The notes: generated by a model from the sequence alone, not told the origin. Shown: positions 23,301 to 32,427, counted from the stretch's first letter. The stretch is DNA of 64,000 nt from Synechococcus sp. (GCA_047284725.1 JBJBEO010000001.1:512001-576000); one strand, 5' to 3'. Numbers and translations are program-made.

Positions 23301-24032
23301 CCTCTGGCGGTGACAAAAGCGGCGGTTCTCTATGTGATGCGCTGCCTGGTGAAGGAGCCGATTCCGCTCAATGCCGGTTGTTTCCGGCCACTCACCCTCA
23401 CGGTGCCACCGGGGTCTGTTCTCAATCCTCAGGCCCCTGCGGCGGTGGTGGCCGGCAACGTGGAAACGTCTCAGGCTCTCTGCAACCTGCTGTTTGCCGC
23501 CATGGGGGTGATGGCGGCGGCCCAGGGCACGATGAACAATCTCAGCTTCGGGACGCCTCGGTTTCAGTACTACGAGACGATCGCCGGGGGGAGTGGGGCA
23601 GGAGAAGGCTTTGCCGGCGCTTGCGGCCTGCAGTGCCATATGACCAACTCCCGCCTCACGGACCCTGAGATCCTTGAACAGCGCTTCCCCGTGCGCCTTG
23701 AGCGGTTTGCCCGTCGAAGGGGCAGTGGTGGTCTGGGGCGTTGGCCGGGGGGCGACGGGCTCGAGCGCCAGTTCCGTTGTCTCGAGCCGATGACCGTGGC
23801 GTTGCTCTCAGGCAGCCGGCGTGTGGCGCCTTTCGGACTTGCCGGTGGTGGAGACGGCTGCTGCGGCATCAACCAACTGGAGCGGGCCGATGGGTCCTTA
23901 GAAGACTTGCCCGGTTGCGTGCAGTTGGACCTGCAGGCCGGAGAGGCTCTGATCATCGCCACCCCTGGGGGTGGCGGTTGGGGAGATCCCGCTGCGCTGA
24001 GTTGCCGACACGGCAATTTGAACAAGCTGTGA
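20316..24032 (+). CDS. Fused hydantoinase A/B, 5-oxoprolinase family protein
   Basis: DRGGTFTD, DMGGTSTD, SVNIRERLDFSCA, HIPVHLGSM, TPGGGGWG. Confidence 0.93.
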   Translation: MTDWRFWVDRGGTFTDLVGLAPDGRLMVRKVLSEQPGCEGDPAVRAMADLLAAEGAEGLASIAELRLGTTVATNALLEGVGDRVLLLTNTGLADLLRIGDQHRRDLFALELTPPPFLAAAVEEVQGRVDADGAEVVPLQLDQALEGRLRQHQRQGLRSCAIALLHAWRYPEHERQLESFVRGLGFTTVVSSHRVCPLPRLVPRGQTTLVEAAVARPLFGYLDQVQAALGGHARLRVMTSSGALQSSACLQAKDTILSGPAGGMVGAVAVARRAGLVELPLVGFDMGGTSTDVFCLPAGAADRIWERCPETDVAGLQLLAPRLPIHTVAAGGGSIIDRDGDRLTVGPRSAGAVPGPACYRRGGPLTVTDANLLLGRLQVQGFPAVFGPAGDQRPDREVVQQRFAALADALGRSVEQLAEGALDLAVETMAAAIEQVSLCRGHDIRGGVLVAYGGAAGQLACRVAGCLGLSQVLLHPLAGVLSAYGMGQARQRQWRQIAVRQPLTQAFCSGLEQQWQTALGEAEQQLLAEGDGHGDGLDYHVALELRDPQAEQGLMVTLPLGDEDGGVTCPDLAALEQAFAHLHQQRFGFLPERREPLVVERLEVEVLAPPLLDAAEGGRRESLVDQGQAPQHPEEATMHCPGRGWCSVPLWKRELLQVNQVLVGPALILESTGCIVLDPGWQARCVEGGDLVLSDQRDSTSSGRESAEAADAAEVDPVDLSLFHHRFMVIAERMGERLRQTSRSVNIRERLDFSCALFDSGGALVANAPHIPVHLGSMGEAVVDLLNQVKAGALPALADGDVVISNDPFHGGTHLPDITAMTPVFAGREHPQFFVACRGHHADVGGLTPGSMPPFSQRIDDEGLRLRHWSLVRHGQFDGAAWDRRLALETPTPRCPEVLLADLQAQAAANRLGVELLEALVAREGLARVSDYMRYVQDHAAAAVEALLEQVSDQQFAVELDNGAELRLTLRVDQKKRRAHFDFTGSSPQGDHNFHAPLAVTKAAVLYVMRCLVKEPIPLNAGCFRPLTLTVPPGSVLNPQAPAAVVAGNVETSQALCNLLFAAMGVMAAAQGTMNNLSFGTPRFQYYETIAGGSGAGEGFAGACGLQCHMTNSRLTDPEILEQRFPVRLERFARRRGSGGLGRWPGGDGLERQFRCLEPMTVALLSGSRRVAPFGLAGGGDGCCGINQLERADGSLEDLPGCVQLDLQAGEALIIATPGGGGWGDPAALSCRHGNLNKL

Positions 24033-24066
24033 AGACACGGGATCCGGGGGCGTGGCCGTCAGAAGA

Positions 24067-24438
24067 ATGAAATCAATGCTTCATTTCTCCGTGCTTCTGG
24101 GGTTCGTCTTCGTGGGTTCCCATGTGCTTGCCCAGGAGGGGAGAAAGGTCAGCTGGAATTGCTACGGGGAGCTCGGTCCGTCCCAAGAAGGACAGCTTCT
24201 GCATCTCAGAGGCGCGACAGGGCCAGGTGCAGACAAGGTTGAGGTGCGTCCTCGCTTCAATCAGAAGGACGTGATCTTGATCTTGACGGCCACTGAGCCG
24301 CCTGCAGCAGACGGGACTGGTGTTCGTCGTCTGTACACCGATCCTTCAGGAAACCGTTGGCGTTACAGGTATGCCAATGGGAGGGCAAGTTGGTGGATGA
24401 TCGAAACGCGTTCGAATCTCCACTGCACGCCTGCTTGA
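24067..24438 (+). CDS. Hypothetical secreted protein
   Basis: Signal-peptide-like N-terminus ending VLA-QE. Confidence 0.6.
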   Translation: MKSMLHFSVLLGFVFVGSHVLAQEGRKVSWNCYGELGPSQEGQLLHLRGATGPGADKVEVRPRFNQKDVILILTATEPPAADGTGVRRLYTDPSGNRWRYRYANGRASWWMIETRSNLHCTPA

Positions 24439-24499
24439 GTCTGTGCCGAGTGGAAAACCATCTTGCTGGCCCAGATTGACTGAACTGCAAGCGCCTGCC

Positions 24500-24624
24500 T
24501 CTGGACCGATCAATATCCGAACACCGCCTCGAAACCGTCGAGCAGACCACAGCAGGTGCTTGCTGCAGGGCGTACCATTTTTGACCATGCAAACGAGATC
24601 GGCCCTGCCCTGAACGAAGACTGA
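24500..24624 (+). pseudogene. Degenerate copy of small ORF 'A'
   Basis: QQVLAAGRTIFDHANEIGPALNED* aligns with KQVLASVSTVLDHSEAIGLINNQD* at 38.35-38.43 kb. Confidence 0.5.
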
Positions 24625-24629
24625 ACGCC

Positions 24630-25001
24630 ATGACACGCACCACACTCACCGCAGCAACCATGGCCTTGAGTGTTCTCGTTGCCCCTGCCCTTGCGGACGA
24701 TTCGAGAGTTAAAAGTATTGAGTTCGGCAATGTCTGGTTCACCGATCCCATGCTGTCGTTGAATTACGCACAATCCCAGGATGATCCTGCTGAATTTGCA
24801 CTCGCAGTAACGACCCCAGATCCAGTCAAATCCAAAAACGGACTTGACCAGTCAACAGCAGTTTTGGTCAACTGCAAGTCAGGAAAGTATTCCGCTTCTT
24901 TTGGATATCATCCAGAAAAAAGCTTCGAAGACGACGCTGAGCTAATCGCCATCAAATTCTGCAATATTCACAAAAAATCGTTTTCACATTCCCTCTGGTA
25001 A
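24630..25001 (+). CDS. Hypothetical secreted protein with MxRTTLTA leader
   Basis: Signal peptide ending ALA-DD; mature part is lower GC. Confidence 0.7.
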   Translation: MTRTTLTAATMALSVLVAPALADDSRVKSIEFGNVWFTDPMLSLNYAQSQDDPAEFALAVTTPDPVKSKNGLDQSTAVLVNCKSGKYSASFGYHPEKSFEDDAELIAIKFCNIHKKSFSHSLW

Positions 25002-25071
25002 CCCTCCTCAACAGCAAAGGAACCAGCGGACTCCCGCCGCCACAGACCAGCTCACGAGTCAACATCACCCC

Positions 25072-25437
25072 ATGATCCGCACCACACTCACCGCCATCGT
25101 CTCCACGGCTGCCCTGATGGCCGTCAGCGAGCCCATGGACCCACCCGTGGCCCACGCCGACACCGTGAAGGATGCGTTGTGTGTACTCCAACGATTGCCA
25201 CCCACCAATCTTCCTGATGGAGCTGTCGCCGCCCTGCTCCCCCCCGAGGAGTTCCGCTGTGACTTCACCCAACTGCGGGGCAACGTCTACATCGACAGCC
25301 AGCGCTGGGCCTTCGAGTTCCCCGATGCCGAGCGAGGAAAGACCTACAAGCGCCAGAACACAGTCGATTTCAAACGCTTCAGCCGTGAGGGGCACTACAC
25401 GCTGACCGTGTTCGAGTCAGGCGAGAAGCCGAACTAG
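25072..25437 (+). CDS. Secreted protein family 'B', copy 1 (slightly truncated)
   Basis: Paralogue of 38437-38787; TAG replaces the GAG(E) codon before PGGF. Confidence 0.7.
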   Translation: MIRTTLTAIVSTAALMAVSEPMDPPVAHADTVKDALCVLQRLPPTNLPDGAVAALLPPEEFRCDFTQLRGNVYIDSQRWAFEFPDAERGKTYKRQNTVDFKRFSREGHYTLTVFESGEKPN

Positions 25438-25634
25438 CCTGGCGGGTTCTGACCAGCACCCGACCCATAGGCTGAGCAGCATCAGACCATCAGGTGTAGG
25501 CGCCGCCTCACAGCACTGCTTACAGCCTTTTCGCTGATATGGAGGCGCCTCAACAAAGACTCTCCCAAGGCGTATCTACGTGATGGCGAATGGTCAGGCT
25601 CGACTGAATTGGCCACTAGAAACCACCACCAGCC

Positions 25635-25718
25635 ACTCCACTTCCCCCTCCAGTTGATCCAGCTCTGACACCACCCTCAGGCACAACTGTTCAACGCAGA
25701 CCACGCCCAGCGATGGCA
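25635..25718. repeat. Scaffold block Ra, copy 1
   Basis: Near-identical to 36736-36819. Confidence 0.85.
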
Positions 25719-25842
25719 AAACATTGATCAAATGGTCAGAGCCGTCGGCGGGTCTGCGCCCTGAGGGCGGGTTTGGCCAGCTGTGAATTGGTTGTTAACG
25801 CCGACGGCGGGAAGCATGGGAAGGCGTTCGGAAGAGGGACTC

Positions 25843-25926
25843 CTAATTGATGGCTGGTGACAAGAGCCAGTAGAAGAAACTGGTCATTGCAACGGAGGCG
25901 GCAAGAGTTGCGCTCGTGAACGTCAT
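25843..25926 (-). CDS. 27-aa hydrophobic peptide
   Basis: MTFTSATLAASVAMTSFFYWLLSPAIN preceded by an AAAGGAGG Shine-Dalgarno. Confidence 0.55.
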   Translation of the reverse strand: MTFTSATLAASVAMTSFFYWLLSPAIN

Positions 25927-26315
25927 TGGGATGCCTCCTTTTTGGGTGTCATCTTGAGCGCCATGAGTGAAGAGGCTGCTATTGCTGAAATCACTAGGAT
26001 TAGTTCCATGTGTGGATGACAGGGGTCGTTTTCGTGTTAATCGGGCCAGGCGCCTCATGAATGCATCGGAAGCTACAAATTGATCACGCTAGGGGTTTGT
26101 GCTGATTTGATTGTGGTGTATTCAATACAATTTAGAAAAGGTATTGATTGAGTCTTTTTGAGGCTCGCCCTGTTTGGGATGGTCACTCCATATTCGATTT
26201 TTGGTCATGGGCTTAATCCTGGGTCTTGTCTTGGTCGTTGCGGGGCTTTCCTTGCAAGCGTTTGAGGTGGATGATGATGAAGATTTCCTCTAGCGAGCAA
26301 AAAGTGTTCGCAACA

Positions 26316-26488
26316 TGCAGGGATCACTCGTGAGCTAATGGGGGAATCGACAGTGCCGCACTCTGCACTAGTCGGCCACCACAGCATTCACAACCAATGC
26401 CCAACGCTGATTGCCGCTGAGGAGATGGATGCGTATCCACCTCCTCGAACACCTCTCCGACTTAATTGAAGATCTGGAGGGCGACTAA
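26316..26488 (+). pseudogene. Scaffold block Rb, copy 1, with an internally deleted copy of the 51-aa acidic ORF
   Basis: Aligns with 37191-37404; the segment between ATG-CCC-AAC-G and TGATTGCCGCTGAGGAG is missing. Confidence 0.7.
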
Positions 26489-26663
26489 CGGAACAGAAAA
26501 GGCATTCCGTAAGTTCAAGCAAGTAGGGAGCACCTCAGGCAGTCACATCTGAACCAGAGGCGTGGTGGCGTGAATGCTGGTTAGGAGAAGCGGGTGAGGG
26601 GACCCGCGGTCATCTCCCATGGCGTTGCAGTGGTGCTCGTGCCGGCTAAATCATCGCAGAAAA

Positions 26664-26676
26664 GAGAATCATTCTC
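26664..26676. promoter_or_regulatory. Fur-box-like palindrome
   Basis: GAGAAT-C-ATTCTC perfect 6-1-6 inverted repeat. Confidence 0.4.
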
Positions 26677-26778
26677 GCTGGGTCTTAATGCCTAATGACT
26701 GTTCAGGGATTCACGAGTCGGCACTTGGCCCACGACAATTGAGGAGAAGGCAGTGGTGCCTTTAATGCGTCACGCATC

Positions 26779-26816
26779 AGAGGGGGATGGCTGAGGGGCT
26801 GTCCCTCTTTTTTTTT
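26779..26816 (+). terminator. Rho-independent terminator with no sizeable upstream ORF
   Basis: GGGATGGC-TGAGG-GCTGTCCC stem followed by a T run. Confidence 0.7.
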
Positions 26817-27053
26817 GATGTCTGATAGGCGAAACGGGAAGGTCGACACGAGGCGATCCGTGATGCTGCAAGCTGCGTCGCGAGCGCCTGGTCCGGGCGG
26901 GGTGAGCGATGGGCCACGATTGCCACCCGTCTGGGCTGCTCACCATCAACTGCACGGAGGTGGGCCATGGCCTGACTCTCAGCTGATCCTCTTCAACGCT
27001 GGCCGCAGCAGTAAAAACAGGTTGTCTAATGAGGTCAGTCCATACTTGAAACC

Positions 27054-27248
27054 TTGCGGCCAATACTGACTCAACCTGACCCAACGACCAGGATTGTGTT
27101 GATCGTTCTGCTCCTGATGCAGCTCCCTTCACAGGCTCTTCAAGCCACCTGTGTCATCGACTTCGCCGCAGCTGTTGACGAGTCCTTGCCCATGCAGAGA
27201 AGGCTTGCTCTTGGCGTGTCCTTCTGCAACGGAGGGAGGGGCCGCTGA
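27054..27248 (+). CDS. Small hypothetical protein
   Basis: 64 aa with a hydrophobic N-terminal half, ending FCNGGRGR. Confidence 0.45.
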   Translation: MRPILTQPDPTTRIVLIVLLLMQLPSQALQATCVIDFAAAVDESLPMQRRLALGVSFCNGGRGR

Positions 27249-27277
27249 TGCCCAGAGCAGCACAAGGACCAAGGCAG

Positions 27278-27470
27278 CTCAGCCGATCCCTTTCAACGCT
27301 GATCGCAGCAGCAACAACAGATCACCTGCAGCAATCTCCACCGGTGCATCCGGTGCCGCTCATGGCGATCTTTGCCCTGCCGAGACGTTGGCACGCGCCA
27401 AGCGAGTTCTTTTAGTCGTGAGCATCGTGCTCGATTATCCCGAGGCGATCGGCCTCAGGTCATCCAAGGC
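27278..27470 (+). repeat. 29-bp motif plus frameshifted small ORF 'A' (block Rc)
   Basis: Aligns with 38246-38430 and with the reverse complement of 33270-33454. Confidence 0.85.
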
Positions 27471-27502
27471 ACGATGGCAACCTCAAGCACGGCCACTCAG
27501 CC

Positions 27503-27780
27503 ATGAGTCCCGCCAAACCGTGCAAGTTCACCCCACGCCAGGAAGCGGCCTCGGTCGATACGCCCCCGATCGCCTCAGAGAACTGGCAGACGATCCCAAG
27601 CTGGCACGTCTTGGTGGCGACCAACCCCAGCGCCTCTGCTGAGCGGCTCCTGGAGCTCTCACGCAGTGAGGAGAGGCGGTGCGTAAAGCCTGCACCAGCC
27701 ATTCCTATACACCAGTGGAAGCGATCTGGGGCACGTGTTCGATCGCGCGGAGGACGAGGCCTCCTTCTCCCTTAGATAAT
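27503..27780 (+). pseudogene. Frameshifted leucine-rich-repeat-variant (HEAT-like) protein remnant
   Basis: Joining frames gives DRLRELADDPKLARL/VATNPSASAERLLELSRSEE/AVRKACTSHSYTPVEAI. Confidence 0.55.
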
Positions 27781-27819
27781 GAAGGTATCTGTGGTGGTGA
27801 TCCAGCGGGTGCGGAGGTG

Positions 27820-29676
27820 TCAGGCGACCACCAGCTGTCCTGCCCCATTGCCCCTGGCTTCAGCCATGGCCTGTTGGGCGCGATCCAGCAGGCTGTCGGC
27901 TGTATCGGCTCCTGGCACGAAGCAGCTCACGCCCACGCATGCACTGCTGAAAAGCTTGGTGTCGGTCTCTGGGTTCAAGAGGTAAACCTGCGAAATAGCA
28001 TTGCGCAAGCTGTCCGCCAAGCTGAACGCGTCTTGTGGCTGGCAGCCAATGACCAGCACCACAAAGCTGTCCTGGCCGGGACGGTACAAATGATCTGTGG
28101 TGCGCAGCCTCCTGAGAACCGCCTTGGCCAGCCCCTGCAGAAGGGCATCGCCGGCGCGGCGGCCATGGCTTTTGTTGAACGCGCCGAAGTTATCCACATC
28201 CAGACAGATGCAGGTCAGAGCCTCACCGCTGCGCTTGCAGCGCTCTACTTCCTCCTGTAGTCGCTCTTCCAGAGCTTGGGGGTTGCCGCAGCCCGTGAGG
28301 GGATCGCGGCGCAGCAGGTTTTGCAACTCGCGGCGGGAGCTGTGCAGTTTGCCGTTGGCCAGCCGCAGCCGTTCGCTCAGCTGATTGGCCTGCCGGCTGC
28401 GGTCGTTGATCTGCTCGGCCAACTGACGCAGTTCGATGACGCCCGAGAGATGCAGAGGTACTAGTTCATTGCGCTTGGCTTCCAGCGGTGCCACCGCCAG
28501 AGAGAACTCGCGCTTCACTAGGCGGCCCAGCCACAGGCTCAGCCAGGCTGCAAGCAATACCGTAATGAAAATCACTCCCAGAAGGTAGGAGCTTTGCTGT
28601 TGCATGCGGATGACCGTTGGCCCGGCCGGCTGCACGACCTGGACCAAACTGGTGGTCGTCTTGTCGACGGTGGTCGCCTCGTACTGGTGGCTGTAACTCC
28701 AGTAGCCATTGACCCATTTTTTTAGTGTCGGTTTCTGGCCACGGGGGATCAGAAGCGCCAGCTCCTTGTTGTTCACATGGGCGCGGCCGCTGTCTTGGAA
28801 GTCGGTCTCGAGGCGGTCGAACAGCGCTGGATCCGAGCTCTGTACCAGGCCATCGCTATCGATTCGTCGGAAAGCCAGCTGATCATTGAGACCCTGCAGT
28901 AGTTCGGAGCTGTTCGAGCCGGGGGCGCGGGCGATGGCCATACTCAGGGTCTTCAAACCATCGAGCGCGCCGTTCTCCACTGCGAGCCCGATCTGGTCAT
29001 TGGCGATCAGGCTTAACAGCAGGGTGGGCATGATGACAGCCATCATCACCACCACAGCGATCAACCCTCGCAGCGAAATGCCGGGGCCCTTGCCGCGCTC
29101 AATCAGCAACCAGCGGATCATCAGCACGGCGGTCATCGCCAGAACCGTGTTGAAAACTCCGTTGAAGCTCTGCTTCACCGCCACCACGGTCACATTGGCC
29201 AGGTCGATCTGCATCACCACGCCGTAGAACAGCAGCACCAACGGCGCGCCGATCAGCAGCCAGTAGACGATCGAGTAGGACACCACCCTTCCGTCGGTGT
29301 CGTTGCGGGCCGGTCCGTTCCAACGATGAAGGGCCAGCCACAGCCAGGCCAGTTCGGCGGTGAAGATCAGCACCGCCCATGGATGGCCCCAGAGTCGAAT
29401 CGTCTGAAGGGCGGCGAGTGTGGCCATTGGCACCGCCCACCAGGTGCGCCAGAGCAACAGCGCAATCAGGGCCGGCAGCGAGCCGAGAAGCACATGGATT
29501 CCGTAGAACAGGGGTACCGGCAGGGTGTTCAGCGCCACCCCCAGGCCGCTTAGCAGTGCCAGCCAGCTCAGGCGTTGCTGACGATCACGCAGAACAGCCG
29601 TGGCTTGCTCGGGATGGCCCGAGGCCAGCAACTGTTTGGGGTTCGGCGTTTGGTCGTGAGGCAGTGCTTCAGGCAT
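27820..29676 (-). CDS. Multi-TM sensor protein with a degenerate GGDEF domain
   Basis: DPLTGCGN, LDVDNF, HGRRAGD; RTTD-x5-GQDSF in place of GGDEF. Confidence 0.88.
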   Translation of the reverse strand: MPEALPHDQTPNPKQLLASGHPEQATAVLRDRQQRLSWLALLSGLGVALNTLPVPLFYGIHVLLGSLPALIALLLWRTWWAVPMATLAALQTIRLWGHPWAVLIFTAELAWLWLALHRWNGPARNDTDGRVVSYSIVYWLLIGAPLVLLFYGVVMQIDLANVTVVAVKQSFNGVFNTVLAMTAVLMIRWLLIERGKGPGISLRGLIAVVVMMAVIMPTLLLSLIANDQIGLAVENGALDGLKTLSMAIARAPGSNSSELLQGLNDQLAFRRIDSDGLVQSSDPALFDRLETDFQDSGRAHVNNKELALLIPRGQKPTLKKWVNGYWSYSHQYEATTVDKTTTSLVQVVQPAGPTVIRMQQQSSYLLGVIFITVLLAAWLSLWLGRLVKREFSLAVAPLEAKRNELVPLHLSGVIELRQLAEQINDRSRQANQLSERLRLANGKLHSSRRELQNLLRRDPLTGCGNPQALEERLQEEVERCKRSGEALTCICLDVDNFGAFNKSHGRRAGDALLQGLAKAVLRRLRTTDHLYRPGQDSFVVLVIGCQPQDAFSLADSLRNAISQVYLLNPETDTKLFSSACVGVSCFVPGADTADSLLDRAQQAMAEARGNGAGQLVVA

Positions 29677-29720
29677 CGCGAATCAGTGAGGGGGAGTCGC
29701 GCTCGGTGCACTCAGTGTGC

Positions 29721-29755
29721 TCTGGCTGTCTGGCTGTCTGGCGCTCTGGCGGTCT
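29721..29755. repeat. Four tandem 8-mers TCTGGCnn
   Basis: TCTGGCTG TCTGGCTG TCTGGCGC TCTGGCGG TCT. Confidence 0.7.
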
Positions 29756-30142
29756 ATTCCAGTCTGCTGAAAATCAATGCCTTTGCCATGCGGGGATAAT
29801 GCACGCAGACCCTCTGTTCGGGTTCCGGGCTAAGCAGATGGCGTTCCTCAATGTCGCCATGCCGCTGAGGATCGCCGCCTCTCTCCTGCGCCTGGCTATT
29901 GACAGTTGGCTTGCGGGGTGCAAGAAGGCACCAACAAGTCTGATACTGCCAAGCTCCGGCTGGCGAGGTACGAGTTTGTCTATCGGGCGGGCAGCGCGAC
30001 TTGCTTGCTCCCAATGGTCCAGATGAGCGCAACCTGGCGGCCATGCAGCGGGCGCAGGAGCAGCTCTGCCTGTTGACACCCGGCGATCCACTTCCCAGGG
30101 TGGGTGATAAGGCTGTCATCGCCACAACGGACTGAGGCCCAA

Positions 30143-31156
30143 ATGCCACATGCGTCTGAGCCATCCAGCAGCAATCAGGTTGTTTCCATAAGGCTGGTAA
30201 TCAGTTTTCTGGCTGTCCTGATCGGTGGCGCTTCAGGGCTGTTGTGGTTGCTCAGCCGCCAGAGCCAGGAGCTGGTGGTCGCGATTACCAGTTGGCCGGG
30301 CTACGAATACTTCTACTTAGCTGAACAGGAAGATCTGGGACGTCCTTTCGGGCTCGACCTCAAGATTCAGCAGTACACCTCGCTAGAGGATCAGCGGAAG
30401 GCCTTTGTCCGGGGAGAGATGCCGGCGATTGCTACAACCGTTCCCGAGGCGATCGCCATCTGCCAAGAGATGCCGGCCCGCTGTCCGCAGCTGGTACTGG
30501 TGCTCGATGAATCCAGTGGGGCCGACAGGATCGTTGCGCGCCGCGAGCTGGATGAACCGGTCCAGTTGCAGGGCCGCCGTATCGGACTTGAACGCTCGGT
30601 GCTGGGGAAGTTCCTGTTGGTGCGCAGCCAGGGAGACCGACCCACTGCCTTCGACCAGTTCCGACTGACGTACGACGGCCCTAAGGCCTTGGTGGATGGA
30701 CTGCAACGCGGTGATCTCGACGCAATCGTGAGCTATGCCCCGCACGACACACCTCTGCTCAAAGATCCCCGCTTCCGAGTGGTGTTCAGCAGCCGAGCAA
30801 TCCCCGGCGAGGTGGTGGATGTACTCGCAGTTGACCCAACCTATGCAAGCCGCCACCGCGAGAGGGTGAAGGCCCTTGTTCAAGTCTGGTGGGCGGCTCG
30901 CGCCTTCTCCCGTCGCTGGCCAGAGAAGTCGATCGCCACGATGGCCCAGCGCCAGCAGAGCACTCCAGAAGCCTTCCGACTCATGGAGGTGGACCTGAGC
31001 TACCCCGGCCCGGCGGATCAGCCTCGGCTTCTGGCCGCTGAAGGGCCGATCGCCAGATCGATGAAGACGATGGCCGCGTTGATGGAGGCCTCCGGTGCGA
31101 TCCCTGCCGGAGTGCCACTGCCACAGATCAGCACGGCCTATTTAGAGGCCCGGTGA
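30143..31156 (+). CDS. ABC-type substrate-binding protein (NMT1/SsuA-like), membrane anchored
   Basis: WPGYEYFYLA, LVLDESSGAD, SRAIPGEVVDVL. Confidence 0.85.
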   Translation: MPHASEPSSSNQVVSIRLVISFLAVLIGGASGLLWLLSRQSQELVVAITSWPGYEYFYLAEQEDLGRPFGLDLKIQQYTSLEDQRKAFVRGEMPAIATTVPEAIAICQEMPARCPQLVLVLDESSGADRIVARRELDEPVQLQGRRIGLERSVLGKFLLVRSQGDRPTAFDQFRLTYDGPKALVDGLQRGDLDAIVSYAPHDTPLLKDPRFRVVFSSRAIPGEVVDVLAVDPTYASRHRERVKALVQVWWAARAFSRRWPEKSIATMAQRQQSTPEAFRLMEVDLSYPGPADQPRLLAAEGPIARSMKTMAALMEASGAIPAGVPLPQISTAYLEAR

Positions 31157-32427
31157 TGAGCTATCTGCGCCAGTGGTTCGGGCGAGAAACACTGCTGCAT
31201 AGCCGTGTTCAGAAGAATCTGTGGATAGAGGTGGTGTTGGTGGCCACCGCAGCTTCGGCCCTGATGGCATTGGTTTCCGGTGCGGTTGTTCTCTACCAAG
31301 GGGTTAACCGCCTCCAGCGGCAGAGCAGTGATCTCCAGCGCCAGCTCAGCGATGGCTTCACCAGCTATCAGCCGCTCTACAACCTGCAACGTCAGCTGCA
31401 GCAAGCTTCTTCCTCCAGGGAGGCCCTGGGCGCCATGGTGTTCGACCGACGCGGTGTTGTCCTGGCTGCCTCCAACAACGCCCTGGTGGGCCTGACGCTG
31501 GAACAGGTATTGCAGCTTCCGGCCGAGCGCCGACTGAAGGCCCTGTTCCGCGACTGCCCCTCACTGTCCACACAGTTGGCCTGCCTCAGCCGCGAGACGC
31601 AAGTGTTCACCGGTCCGCTGCCAGTAATCGGCGGCGATGTGGCCCTGGCGATGCGCTCCTATCCCCTGTCGCTGGAAGATGGCCAGCGCTTTGGTGAGAG
31701 GGCGACTTTGATCACCGTCCGCGATTCACAGCCGGCCGCCCGCGAGGCGGTCTCCTACACGCTGATGGTGTTTCTAGCTGGATTGCTGCCACTGCTGATG
31801 GGCTGCGTCGGTCTGATGCTGCGCCTGCGCATTCACCTGATCCCCGAGCTGCTACGCCTGGCCCAGGTTGACGCCCTCTCCGGCGTGCTCAATCGCCGCG
31901 CCTTTCTGGAAACTGCCACCGATCTTCTGCAGAGGGCCCGCCAGATCAACATGTCAATCACTCTGGCGTTGATCGATATCGATTACTTCAAGAGGATCAA
32001 CGACAGCTACGGCCACGACGCCGGTGATCATGTGATCCGTCAGGTGTCCGACTTGCTCTCTCGCTTGGTACGCAGTGACGATCTGGTGGGACGCTTGGGC
32101 GGTGATGAGTTCGTTCTGCTGTTACAGATGCCGAACAAGACGGCAACCCAAAAGCTGGAGTGCATCCTTGAGCAGTTAGGGAGTACTGACGCAGAAGTGT
32201 GCGAAAGCAAGTCGGTCACCATCAGCATTTCTGTGGGAATGGCCAGCAGCAGCGGCCATGCCGCTTACGAGCTCAGCGCGCTCTTGAAAGCTGCCGACGC
32301 GGCTCTCTATGTGGCCAAGGACCGTGGCCGCTCCCAGGTGGTGAACCTAGAGATAGAACAGGAGCATTCCAAGGGGGGGCGTCGCAGACCCTTGCGTCAG
32401 AGCGATTGGGAAATCCGTGGAGCCTGA
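31153..32427 (+). CDS. Diguanylate cyclase with a two-TM periplasmic sensor
   Basis: DALSGVLNRR, DIDYFKRINDSYGHDAGD, RSDD-x5-GGDEF, ADAALYVAK. Confidence 0.93.
   Translation: MMSYLRQWFGRETLLHSRVQKNLWIEVVLVATAASALMALVSGAVVLYQGVNRLQRQSSDLQRQLSDGFTSYQPLYNLQRQLQQASSSREALGAMVFDRRGVVLAASNNALVGLTLEQVLQLPAERRLKALFRDCPSLSTQLACLSRETQVFTGPLPVIGGDVALAMRSYPLSLEDGQRFGERATLITVRDSQPAAREAVSYTLMVFLAGLLPLLMGCVGLMLRLRIHLIPELLRLAQVDALSGVLNRRAFLETATDLLQRARQINMSITLALIDIDYFKRINDSYGHDAGDHVIRQVSDLLSRLVRSDDLVGRLGGDEFVLLLQMPNKTATQKLECILEQLGSTDAEVCESKSVTISISVGMASSSGHAAYELSALLKAADAALYVAKDRGRSQVVNLEIEQEHSKGGRRRPLRQSDWEIRGA

Noticed and set aside
20256..23639. Long antisense ORFs over the oxoprolinase gene (similar ones overlap purD, bamA, lpxA and pepA)
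   Set aside because: Shadow frames expected in high-GC coding DNA
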